Below, in pieces: positions 18,877 through 27,709 of a stretch of DNA of 64,000 bases. The notes beneath the pieces were generated by a model. The model saw only the letters and a program-made list of their open reading frames with translations. It was not told the DNA's origin and searched no databases. The DNA is from an uncultured Chloroflexia bacterium (lineage in GTDB: Bacteria > Chloroflexota > Limnocylindria > Limnocylindrales > CSP1-4), in NCBI GenBank assembly GCA_963712745.1, contig CAVQJC010000010.1:32001-96000 (forward strand), given 5' to 3'. The position numbers and the translations under genes were made by a program. Each line of letters opens with the position of its first letter. Position 1 is the first letter of the stretch.

Positions 18877-18980
18877 ATCGCCATGAGTAGCGGGCTATCT
18901 CAAGTCGTCGCCGCCATGGCGATGGACGACGCCGGGCCGTCCGGCCCTTGACCCGCTGACCGGGGCGGGGAGGATAGAGG
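18877..18980 (+). repeat. Repeat A copy 14 (full)
   Basis: ATCGCCATGAGTAGCGGG...GTCGTCGCCGCCATGGC...GCCGGGCCGTCCGGCCCTTGACCCGCTGA..GGGGCGGGGAGGATAG. Confidence 0.88.
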
Positions 18981-19018
18981 GGAGGGGCCACGAAGAAGCC
19001 TGGCCTGGGGTGTCTGAC

Positions 19019-19549
19019 ATGGGGACCGCGATTCGACGACCGATGATCACCATCCTGATGGCCTGCCTCTGCATTGTCCCTGTCTCCGCCACCGCGGCGC
19101 AGTCACCATCACCGACCATCGGGGCGCCCGTCCTGGGCACAGGGACCGACGCGCTCGCCTGGCTCACCTCCATGGGCATCGTCGGCGTCGAAGCTGTCCC
19201 GACGGCGGACGGACAGTTGCGCTGGGAGGCGACCCTCTCCATGGGCGAGGCGGGAGCCGATATCACCTTGGAGTTCGTCGGATCCCCCGAGGCGCTGACG
19301 AGCGCGTCGCTGACGACGAGCACGGACAGCGACTCCTACGCGGGCTCCTTGATCGTCCTATGGGCCCAGCAGTTCCATCCCGAGAGCCTCGATTTCATCG
19401 TCAATGCGCTCCTGCGGGGGGCCTTCCTCGAAGGGATGGACGCGGAAGCCGATTTGCCGGACAGCACTGTCCACGTGACGACGGCCATGGACCCCGATGC
19501 CCCTCTCGGCGAGGAGACCATGTCGATCACCATCACGATCAAGGACTGA
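19019..19549 (+). CDS. Secreted hypothetical protein
   Basis: Signal peptide ending ATAAQSPSP. Confidence 0.65.
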   Translation: MGTAIRRPMITILMACLCIVPVSATAAQSPSPTIGAPVLGTGTDALAWLTSMGIVGVEAVPTADGQLRWEATLSMGEAGADITLEFVGSPEALTSASLTTSTDSDSYAGSLIVLWAQQFHPESLDFIVNALLRGAFLEGMDAEADLPDSTVHVTTAMDPDAPLGEETMSITITIKD

Positions 19550-19611
19550 CCACCTGCGAGGACCTCGAGTACGACGCCTGCCCGTGTCGCAAGTACGTCG
19601 ACCACGTGACG

Positions 19612-19662
19612 TGCCGGCTCTCCATCGCCGAGACCTTCGAGTTCTTGCCGCAGGCGGAGTAG
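19612..19662 (+). pseudogene. C-terminal scrap of the PsbP-like family
   Basis: RLSIAETFEFLPQAE*; DNA similar to 18793-18838. Confidence 0.65.
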
Positions 19663-19688
19663 CCGTGGCAATCCGTCGCTGGCGGGGG

Positions 19689-20348
19689 TCAAGCTCTTCG
19701 TGATGACTCAACGAGCGCTTTGACAACGCCTAGCATCTTGCGCTCCATCACGAACGAAACCGGCTCTATCAACAGCGGACCTCCCATGAGCCTGGAGCGG
19801 CGATCGTCAGCGTGGTGGTAGCGGGTTCGGGAGAGGAGTCTCGTGGTCCCGTCTGGCTGCACGAAGAGTAGGAACGCCCAGCTGTTCGAGAGCACCGCGC
19901 TGCCATCCGCTCCGGCAGGATTGCCGTAGAGGACGAGGGTCGTGGGTTCCTCGACGATGGCTGCGGTCATCGGCGGCGTCTCCACGTGCAGCTTGATGGG
20001 GTCGCCCGCTCGAATATGCTGATGCTCGTCGAGGATACGAGAGGTGTTCTCGATCTTGCTGCCGACGAGGTTCTCGAGCTTCTCATAGCTGTAGAAGCCG
20101 CCTCGACCCTGGCCGATCTGCGCGATCCAGGGCCAGATGCGCTGCGGCATCGCGTTGATCGAGGTCGCGTGCGTCGCAGTCCAATTCGGATCGGGAACAA
20201 GTTCGTCGCCCGGGTAGGGTCCTTCGAGCTCTTCGTCGGTCGCTCCCCATCTCAGGCGTCGCGACCTGAGGAAGGGTGTGACCATGGCGCCGCCGGTCTC
20301 GATGCCTCCCTGTAGGGCTTCCATCCAAGAATGGCCATACTGCGTCAT
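19689..20348 (-). CDS. SRPBCC-like conserved hypothetical protein
   Basis: WGATDEE....PGDELVP, IWPWIAQIGQGRGGFYSY..LENL, MERKML. Confidence 0.8.
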   Translation of the reverse strand: MTQYGHSWMEALQGGIETGGAMVTPFLRSRRLRWGATDEELEGPYPGDELVPDPNWTATHATSINAMPQRIWPWIAQIGQGRGGFYSYEKLENLVGSKIENTSRILDEHQHIRAGDPIKLHVETPPMTAAIVEEPTTLVLYGNPAGADGSAVLSNSWAFLLFVQPDGTTRLLSRTRYHHADDRRSRLMGGPLLIEPVSFVMERKMLGVVKALVESSRRA

Positions 20349-20670
20349 CACGGCTCCCTTCGACCGCCTCGAGCGGTCCCGTGTCCTGATCGAGGAACCG
20401 GGCCAAGCTGGGCGCTCAACAGGTCCTGCAAGATGCTGCTTCGAGTCTCGGCAGCCGGGCCCAAGGTGCCAAGGGCCAAGAGGACCGCGGCGGGTGGGCC
20501 AGCGGGTCAGAGAGTGTGCGGCCCTGGTGGCGGAGGGCGTCGGCATGTGGCAGCTCGTCTGCGAGCGGCGCACGAGCTGGTCCTGTGGACACCGTCCCAG
20601 AGTGGAGACCCGCGCCGACCGGTCCGCGGCAACGTCGACAACCACCAGGCATGGCACCCACTCGATCCGG

Positions 20671-20731
20671 AATCGCATGAATAGCGGGCGGTATCTGGTC
20701 ATCGCCACTATGGCCGCGATCGCCGCCGGGC
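20671..20731 (+). repeat. Repeat A copy 15 (left part)
   Basis: AATCGCATGAATAGCGGGCGGTATCTGGTCATCGCCACTATGGC. Confidence 0.75.
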
Positions 20732-21015
20732 ACTTCGCCGCCGATGCTGTCGTGGCCGCGCGACTGGGCTACACCGCGACGTCGCGATCCTGGGACGGCG
20801 AGAAGCTGACGGTGGTGTACCAGCTGCAGCCGCCAGGCGAGAATGAAGCACCCGTTCCACCGCCGGCAGGACGCATGGCAGCCAATGCCCTGGCCAATCA
20901 AGCACGCGCGGAAGCCAACGCGCAGGCCAATCAAGCACGCGTGGCAGGTCGCGATCCAGTCGGTCTACCGCCTCCACCGCTAGTAGCGCCCCGGTCGGCC
21001 GATCAGCCTGAGTGA
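20720..21015 (+). pseudogene. Fragment resembling the soluble domain of the 15750 protein
   Basis: FAADAVVAARLGYTATSRSWDGEKLTVVYQ vs YSADATLFTSTGWAVHSVAWD...TLVATYA. Confidence 0.45.
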
Positions 21016-21078
21016 CCGAGCGAGCCGTGCCGCTGAGCGTTCTTCGCGAGCCTGATCGCCAAGGAGTAGTCGCAGCGC

Positions 21079-21342
21079 TCAGGAGGCGATCTCGGACGTC
21101 GGGTCATATCCGCCTGACCAGGCAGTGATGGCGACACCACCTTCATGCCTTGAGTCGGAGAATAGCTCGACGACCCGCGGCTCACCACAGCCCAGCTCAT
21201 GTGACTGGTCGGGCTCGCAGGGTCCGAACTCAAGCCGCCCAGTGAACTCCGGTCCCAGTCCGGCCGGATCAGCTACGACGTCAGCCGTCGAGACCACAAG
21301 CACGGTCATGGCCGCGATCGGCGCGAGGAGCCTCTTCAACAC
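21079..21342 (-). pseudogene. Truncated paralog of the 22021-22569 protein
   Basis: RBS GAGGAG; EFTGRLEFGPC...FSDSRHEGGVAITAWS, then an early stop. Confidence 0.65.
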
Positions 21343-21481
21343 TCACTCCTCTCACCCATTCCGCCGTCACCAGAGAGGGTGCGCCGAGGGCCTGATGTCA
21401 TCGAGCGCGGGGCGCGAAAGATGGCTCGATCTGGAGACATCGGCCACGGGCCGACCAGCGTCGAGACGGAACGGGTGATCG

Positions 21482-21766
21482 CTACCGCATCCCGTGCCAG
21501 GCTCGACCAGCCGATACCGCGACGAGCACGAGCCCGAACGTAGCGACGAAAGCGAGCACGAGCATGCTCGAACAGCAGCACTCGTGCCTGACCGACCGCT
21601 TGAGCTGGTCCCATCCCCAGGCCAGGGTGCCGACTTCCGGCTCTTCGGTGCGCTCCGGCCCCGGATCGCCGGAGACATGCTCGCGATCGCTCCTGTCCTC
21701 GAACATGGGCTCGACATTGTGGCTCCGTGCTCGGTGGGACAAGGGCCCTTGGTCACCCAGCAGCAT
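21482..21766 (-). CDS. Small hypothetical protein with C-terminal TM
   Basis: Hydrophobic tail; start uncertain. Confidence 0.4.
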   Translation of the reverse strand: MLLGDQGPLSHRARSHNVEPMFEDRSDREHVSGDPGPERTEEPEVGTLAWGWDQLKRSVRHECCCSSMLVLAFVATFGLVLVAVSAGRAWHGMR

Positions 21767-21774
21767 GCGGAGAC

Positions 21775-21823
21775 CGCGCCCTGGCGGCCATCGGTGGCGA
21801 GCCGTGCATCATCGCCTCCCGCT
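21775..21823 (-). repeat. Repeat B copy 3 (degenerate)
   Basis: GGCGGCCATCGGTGGCGAGCCGTGCATCATCGCCTCCCGCT aligns gap-free to B1. Confidence 0.6.
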
Positions 21824-21923
21824 GGGGGCTATCGAACACCTAGGCCGGACCGGCATCAAGTGGCAGAGGTCACCGGCCGCGTCCGTTCAGGGTCGGTCCG
21901 GGCCCGTCGATAGCCTCCATTAC

Positions 21924-21992
21924 GTCGCCTTGATAGCGGATGCTACCCGGCCGTCGCCGCCATCTCCAGCACGCCCCCCTGGGCCCGTCCGC
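21924..21992 (+). repeat. Repeat A copy 16 (degenerate)
   Basis: TCGCCTTGATAGCGG...GGCCGTCGCCGCCAT...GGGCCCGTCCG. Confidence 0.55.
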
Positions 21993-22020
21993 GCGATCGG
22001 CAGCTGACAGCGACGCGGGG

Positions 22021-22569
22021 CTACCAGTCCAGCTCCGCGCGGTCGCCCGTCCTGATGACTCCCGCGAAATCGGGCACGCCCGCCTGCATGCTGCCCGGAA
22101 CGATACGGCCATGGAAGTCGAAGACAGATCCCGTGACCGTCACCTCGGCGACCGCAGAGAGGCCCTCGTTCGCCCCGGTGCCGACGAGAACGCTGGTGTA
22201 CTGCGTCGGAGCCCCGTCACGGTGCTGCAGGCGTGGCGACGCCACCTCCACCCAGCCGTCAGCCGAGTCGCCGATGAGCCACGAGCCGAGCCACAGCACA
22301 GATGTCTCCCCGATCTCTCGAGACCACCCGGTGATGGCGACCTCCCCATCGAGCCGCGCGTCACTGAAGGCCTCCAGGACCGCTGGCGTATCACAGGTGA
22401 GGCCATTCGGGTCGACACCCTCGCACATCGGGCCGAATACGAGCCGGCCGGTGAACTCGCCCAGGACGCACCTCTCGTCGACGCATTCCTCGTCTGACTG
22501 TCCGGCGACAGCGACGGCCAAGCCCAGCAGCAGGGCCACCACGATGAGTGAGACATGAAGCGTGCGCAT
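22021..22569 (-). CDS. Secreted protein of the 'SDARL...GTGANEGL' family
   Basis: RBS GGGAGG; signal peptide; paralogs at 10540 and 21079. Confidence 0.75.
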   Translation of the reverse strand: MRTLHVSLIVVALLLGLAVAVAGQSDEECVDERCVLGEFTGRLVFGPMCEGVDPNGLTCDTPAVLEAFSDARLDGEVAITGWSREIGETSVLWLGSWLIGDSADGWVEVASPRLQHRDGAPTQYTSVLVGTGANEGLSAVAEVTVTGSVFDFHGRIVPGSMQAGVPDFAGVIRTGDRAELDW

Positions 22570-22698
22570 AGCGACCTCCCATTCTCCGACCATGAAGCGC
22601 GCCGGGCGCAGGCACCGGCAAGAGCCGTTGGGACTGCCACGCGGGCGCTCCGTCGATGAGACCATCGAGTTCCTGACCGCCGAGGTTCAGGGTGAGCA

Positions 22699-22780
22699 GC
22701 CATGGAAACACGGTGATGCCCGGTCGGCATCACCGTAGCCGCACCACGCCCCGGGTCGTCCGGCGCTTGACCTGTTGAGC
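22699..22780 (+). repeat. Repeat A copy 17 (degenerate)
   Basis: GCCATGG...CGGTGATGCCCGGTCG...ACGCCCCGGGTCGTCCGGCGCTTGACCTGTTGAGC. Confidence 0.6.
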
Positions 22781-23313
22781 TATCACGCCCACGACCGGCG
22801 CGAGGAGGATGGGTGGTATCCAACCGAACATGCCCTCCGGCTGGCCCCGGCCGGCCACGGACGGGAAGGTCGTCCGTTCGTGCTCGTCGGGATCGAGGCG
22901 CTTGAGCCAAGGCAGGATCACGCCAAGCGCGACAACCGACACGACGAACTCGATGCCGATCAGATCCGTCGCACTGGGGCGATCGTCTTCCTGCGAATAC
23001 CCTTGCGTCGAGAGCCGATCGAACGCTGCGGGGCCAAGGGGGCTCGCTCGTCACGAACAGGAGTGGGATGATGCCGCGGACACCTTGGCGCAACGCGCCG
23101 AGGAGCGATACACGGGGGCGCGGCGGAGGGTGGCCATGCCCATCACCATCTTGGAGCGCGATCGGGGGGCGCGATCTTCACCATCACCCGGGCGTCTTGC
23201 GTGCCGGTCTGGTCCGGGTCATCAAGACGGGCGCCATGCCGCCGATGTGGCCGATGCTGCGCGAACCGACAGCACGCAGCCAGCCGTGATGAGTCGCTTG
23301 GTGAGCTCGACCG

Positions 23314-23784
23314 TCAGCTCACAGCCTTCTTCACGAGCTCTGCGATCCTCGCCTCCTCGACATCGGTCAACTCCTTCAGAGCGAAGGTGGTCGGCCACAT
23401 GTTGCCCTCGTCGAGGTTCGCCGCGTCATTGAAGCCGAGCGTCGCATACCTGGCCTTGAACTTGTCCGCGCCCTGGAAGAAGCAGACGACCTTGCCGTCC
23501 TTGGCATAGGCAGGCATCCCGTACCAGGTCTTGGGCCAGAGGATCGGTGCGCTGGACTTGATGATCGCGTGCACTCGCTGAGCCATCGAGCGATCCGGCT
23601 CTGGCATCTCGGCGATCTTCGCGAGTGTGTCGCGCTCACCATCCGCCTTGTTCTTGTTCGCGCGCGCTTCCGCCTTGAGCTCCTTCGCGCGCTCCTTCAT
23701 CGCAGCTCGCTCCTCGTCCGAGAAACCCTCGGACGCCTGGTCGCTCGTTGCGCTGGTGTCGACCGACTTCGCCGTGTCCTTCAT
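23314..23784 (-). CDS. DUF1801 (YdhG-like) protein
   Basis: [16 protein letters not shown]...[32 protein letters not shown]. Confidence 0.9.
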   Translation of the reverse strand: MKDTAKSVDTSATSDQASEGFSDEERAAMKERAKELKAEARANKNKADGERDTLAKIAEMPEPDRSMAQRVHAIIKSSAPILWPKTWYGMPAYAKDGKVVCFFQGADKFKARYATLGFNDAANLDEGNMWPTTFALKELTDVEEARIAELVKKAVS

Positions 23785-24009
23785 CGGGGAGATTCCCTCT
23801 TTGCGCCGGGTGGGGACCCCATGCCAGGGAGCCTCTGCCACTTCACCTCTTCATAGTGCCCGAGGAAGGGCAGCGGGGCATTCGCGCCCGCGATCGCGAT
23901 GTCTGCCGGAACAGCGAGCGACCCGGACGGGCCGGCCGTTACGACTCCCAGGCCGAGGGGCCGGAAGGCTCTTGCTGCACACCGCCCGGGGCCATACCGT
24001 GGCCCCGCG

Positions 24010-24774
24010 ATGTCGCACCTGCGCGGCGCCTCGATCTTGTGGCTCTGGCTGTTCTCCGTGTCGCTGCTGGGCTCACCGGCGGCCGCCGACGAGTCCGGCT
24101 ACGAGACGGTGCTGCTGCCCGGTTTCCCGCTGACGACCCAGCTGCTCTATGACGAGGCCGGCCCGCTGGCCTTTCGCACCCGCTCTGGCCGCGGCGACTG
24201 GCAGCTGCCGAGCGGCGACGCGGTGCTGCTCGAGGAGCGCTGGTGGACGCCACTCCGTCCCATCGCCGCGGAGCCCCCGCCTGACCTCGACGACGCCACG
24301 ATGGCTCGTATCCGGGAGGTGGTGGCGCCCGCGGCGACGAAACGGCTACCCGACCGGCTCATCGCCCAGGCCGTCGGCGATGTCACACTCGATGGCAGCG
24401 ACGAACTGGTGCTCTCGTTTCGCCGTCCCTTCCGGCGTACCAGCATCAACATCACGCGTCCACGTCGAGCCTGGACCGATGGTCACGGCCTGAGCGCTCA
24501 CCTGGGCCTCTATCGGCCGGACGACCTCTCCGCGATCTGGATCGCTGGCACGCTGGTCAGTCCTGTGAAGGAGGTCGCAGCCTGCGATGGCGCCCTGGCC
24601 GTGGCCTACGGATCATTCGACGAACCCGGCGTCGTCGAGACCGGGGCCTGGCGCTGGGTCGTCTTCGGCTTCCTGCCTACAGCACCACTAGCGGGTGGGG
24701 GCACCCCCACCTGTGTCGATATCGATGGCGACGGCCGGACAGAGCCGGCCATCACAGGAAGGAGTGATCGGTGA
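24010..24774 (+). CDS. Secreted hypothetical protein with FG-GAP-like DxDGDG motifs
   Basis: Signal peptide; GDVTLDGSDEL and VDIDGDGRTE; stop overlaps the next gene. Confidence 0.7.
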   Translation: MSHLRGASILWLWLFSVSLLGSPAAADESGYETVLLPGFPLTTQLLYDEAGPLAFRTRSGRGDWQLPSGDAVLLEERWWTPLRPIAAEPPPDLDDATMARIREVVAPAATKRLPDRLIAQAVGDVTLDGSDELVLSFRRPFRRTSINITRPRRAWTDGHGLSAHLGLYRPDDLSAIWIAGTLVSPVKEVAACDGALAVAYGSFDEPGVVETGAWRWVVFGFLPTAPLAGGGTPTCVDIDGDGRTEPAITGRSDR

Positions 24775-26894
24775 AACACGTGCGTGTCGTGCTGCGAAGC
24801 TTGATCGTGACGGCCCTTGCCGCCACGCTGCTGGCGGCCGGCGTCCCCGCCACCGGGCAGGACGAGATGCCCTCGGTGGACTCTGGCTTCGGCGACTACC
24901 AGCTGGTCCCCCTCCTAAGCGATGGGACGCCCTACGCCGGCCCGGCGACTCCCGTCTCACTCGACGCGGTGGCCATGACAAAGCAGGTGAAGAAGCTGCT
25001 CGACCCCGGGGCGCGCGCGAAGCTCGCCGAGCAGGGGTTCGTCATCGTGCCCGAGGAGTTCCGCCTCTTCCACCACGCCTACGACGAACAGTTCTACGAG
25101 GGCACGCCGGTCTTCGTGACCACCGATGCGGCCTATCACGCCTGGCACCAGGTCTTCGACAAGACCCTGCGCGACCTCGAGACCAGGAAGCTCTCGCCCG
25201 CCCTCGCGAAGCTGCTCAAAGGCATGCGCAAGAACGCCCTGGCACAGCAGGAGGACCTTGCGGGCACTGCCCTCGAGGATGACGCGGCCCGGGTGGTCGA
25301 TCTCATCGCCGTGGCCGCGGCAGAGCTGGGCCTGAAGACTGGCAAGCTGAGCCCGCGTGCCCGGGCCGAGAAGGCACTCATCGACGCCCACTCCGACACG
25401 ACCGACTCACCCATCCTGGGCACCCTGACCGACTACTCGCTCTTTGCCCCGCGCGGACACTACACGCGGACCAAGGCGCTGACTCGCTACTTCAAGGCCA
25501 TGTCGGTGCTCGGCCAGCACGCGTTCCAGCTGCCCGGGTCGCTCCAGACCGACGGTACCGTGGTCGAGGATGCGGACAGCCTGCGCCTGGCCCTGCTGGC
25601 CTCGCGAACACTGGTCGGCGATCCCGAGCTGGAGGTACTGTGGCGCCGCATCTTCGAACCCACGGCCTTCCTCGTCGGGGTCTCCGATGACTACACGCCC
25701 TTCGAACTGGTGGCGGTGCTGGAGAAGCTGTACCCAGACCTGGGGCAAGATGCGGTCACGTCCGCGGATGAGGCCATGCTCATGGAGGTCGCCGACGCGC
25801 TGACGTCGAGCCGGCCGATCAGGATCGATCCCGAGCGACCGTCAGTGCGGCTCATGGGCACGCGCTTCGTGCTGGACTCCTGGATCCTGGACCAGTTGAT
25901 CAAGTTCAACGTGGGTGAGCCCGGCCACTGGCGCGCTCTCCCCTCGGTGCTCGACCTGGCCGCCGCCTTCGGATCCGACTTCGCCCTGGCCATCCAGGAT
26001 GACGCCGGTGAGACGGCCTACGTCAACTACCCCGAGCAGATGGAGGCGATGCGAGCCGCCGTGGCCGCGCGTCCGGGCGATGCCTGGGGTGAGACGGTCT
26101 ACGACGCCTGGCTGGCCGCCGTCCAACCGATGTGGCTGCCGCACGGCGAGGCTTTCCCCGACTTCATGCGGACACCTGCCTGGGATGCCAAGTCACACCA
26201 GGCGGGCTTCGGCTCGCATGCCGAGCTGCGGCACGACACCATCCTGTACACGAAGCAGTTCGTGGGTGAGATGGGCAGCGTCGCGGTCGAGCTGCCCAAG
26301 GTGCGGAATTGGGTGGAGCCTGATCCCGTGGCCTTCGGCCGCCTTTCGGCCATGGCCAGCCTCTCGCGAGACGGCCTGGCTGCCCGGAACCTGCTGACCA
26401 AGGAGGTCCGCGAGTTGCTCGACGACTACATCGGGTTCGTAGATCGGCTCGAGCGGCTCGCGGCCGACGAGCTGGCCGGGAAGCCCATCGAGCAGGGCAA
26501 GGGCAGGAACAGCTGGAGGGCCGACAACGAGTGGCTTCGAGCCATCGGCGGCGAGCTCGAAGGCTTCTGGTGGCGCAGCGGCGACCGCGTCGACACCTCG
26601 CGACCCATCCGCGATGACGATGCCGCGATCATCGCGGACATCGGGCGTGGCATCGACCCTGAGAAGGACATCGACGACGTGCTCGAGATCGGCACCGGCC
26701 GCATCGACCGCATCTTCGTCCTCGTGCCCGACGACGAGGGTCGGTTCCACGTCTCCACCGGGGGCGTGTACTCGTTCTACGAGTTTCCCCGGCCGACGTC
26801 CGAGGGTCGGCTGACCGACGAGCAGTGGTGGGAGATGCTGAGGAAGGGGCAGGCACCCGCGCGTCCCGCCTGGCAGGACCCGCTGTTCCCGTAG
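24771..26894 (+). CDS. DUF3160 domain protein
   Basis: PVFVTTDA..H..H..FD..L, DYS.F.PRGHYT, RF.LDS, ELRHDTILYTKQ, VEPDP, GGVYSFYEF. Confidence 0.88.
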   Translation: MKHVRVVLRSLIVTALAATLLAAGVPATGQDEMPSVDSGFGDYQLVPLLSDGTPYAGPATPVSLDAVAMTKQVKKLLDPGARAKLAEQGFVIVPEEFRLFHHAYDEQFYEGTPVFVTTDAAYHAWHQVFDKTLRDLETRKLSPALAKLLKGMRKNALAQQEDLAGTALEDDAARVVDLIAVAAAELGLKTGKLSPRARAEKALIDAHSDTTDSPILGTLTDYSLFAPRGHYTRTKALTRYFKAMSVLGQHAFQLPGSLQTDGTVVEDADSLRLALLASRTLVGDPELEVLWRRIFEPTAFLVGVSDDYTPFELVAVLEKLYPDLGQDAVTSADEAMLMEVADALTSSRPIRIDPERPSVRLMGTRFVLDSWILDQLIKFNVGEPGHWRALPSVLDLAAAFGSDFALAIQDDAGETAYVNYPEQMEAMRAAVAARPGDAWGETVYDAWLAAVQPMWLPHGEAFPDFMRTPAWDAKSHQAGFGSHAELRHDTILYTKQFVGEMGSVAVELPKVRNWVEPDPVAFGRLSAMASLSRDGLAARNLLTKEVRELLDDYIGFVDRLERLAADELAGKPIEQGKGRNSWRADNEWLRAIGGELEGFWWRSGDRVDTSRPIRDDDAAIIADIGRGIDPEKDIDDVLEIGTGRIDRIFVLVPDDEGRFHVSTGGVYSFYEFPRPTSEGRLTDEQWWEMLRKGQAPARPAWQDPLFP

Positions 26895-26940
26895 GCGAGG
26901 GTCATGCGCCGCGCCGGTAGCGAGGTCGGGCGACCGACCC

Positions 26941-27339
26941 TTAGCCCCCGGACGCCAGCCGGCGGAGGATGGCCAGCGCTCGGTCGGCATCGTCGATGGG
27001 GACCAGGAGGTGGTCGTGGTAGAAACCGGCGATCACGTTGCAGCTCAGGTCGGCCGCCGCCAGGGCGCTGCTCACCGCGGCCGTGAGACCGACGGCTTCC
27101 AGCGATGAGTGGACCTGCAGGACGATCCAGGCCGCGACGTAGTCGTATGTCAAGCCATGAGCATCGGCGTCCTCGCGGCGGATCACCAGGCTGCGGCCCT
27201 CCGGTTCCCACACGCTGGCCAGGACCTCGACCTCGGGCAGAGCGCTTCCCGGCGGGACGCTGACGAAGACGTAGGCACGGGGTCGCAACTGCGGGTCGAT
27301 CGATCGAAGCAGGACCGAGAGGCTGGACTCACCGCTCAT
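26941..27339 (-). CDS. ACT-domain protein (DUF2241-like)
   Basis: MSGE..L..LL....P.L, WIVLQVHSSLEAVGLTA, CNVIAGFYHDHLLVP. Confidence 0.88.
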   Translation of the reverse strand: MSGESSLSVLLRSIDPQLRPRAYVFVSVPPGSALPEVEVLASVWEPEGRSLVIRREDADAHGLTYDYVAAWIVLQVHSSLEAVGLTAAVSSALAAADLSCNVIAGFYHDHLLVPIDDADRALAILRRLASGG

Positions 27340-27436
27340 GACAGCAAGTCTGCCCCGTCGGGCGATGTCGGGTGGTTGCGAATCCACCTGGCCTTCCTGA
27401 TCGCGGCGATGCCCATGATCTGCGTAGGGGACACAA

Positions 27437-27484
27437 CGGCTACCGCTGGTTCCACACGACCGGCTACCGCTGGTTCCACGCGAG
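27437..27484. repeat. 24-bp tandem duplication
   Basis: CGGCTACCGCTGGTTCCACRCGAS x2. Confidence 0.75.
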
Positions 27485-27709
27485 CGATGCTCTCACCGTT
27501 GCTCGCCACGCGAGCAAACCCGACGTGATCACACCCCGACGTGCAAGCGCTGCTCACCCGCTGAGCACAACTGACACCGCTGCTCACGACGTGAGCGAGA
27601 CCGGCGGATGCGGCAGGTGGCGCGTCGAGATCGCTCACCCCATGAGCAAGTCGCAGCGCCTTGGTCCGGTGCTCGCCGCAGGATCGAGGCGCGGAGTGGA
27701 GAGAGCGAT

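Noticed and set aside
7519-19323. Recurring peptides HGGDDQT and MVATTR..PL in minus-strand ORFs
   Set aside because: They are translations of repeat A in varying frames with indels and stops, not a protein family.
5576-22813. Repeat A as a CRISPR array or classical integron attC array
   Set aside because: Units are ~105 bp, degenerate and 0.15-3 kb apart; no attC core motifs, and no cas or intI gene in the window.
22730-23300. Possible membrane-protein fragment on the minus strand
   Set aside because: No clear start or recognisable family; not called.
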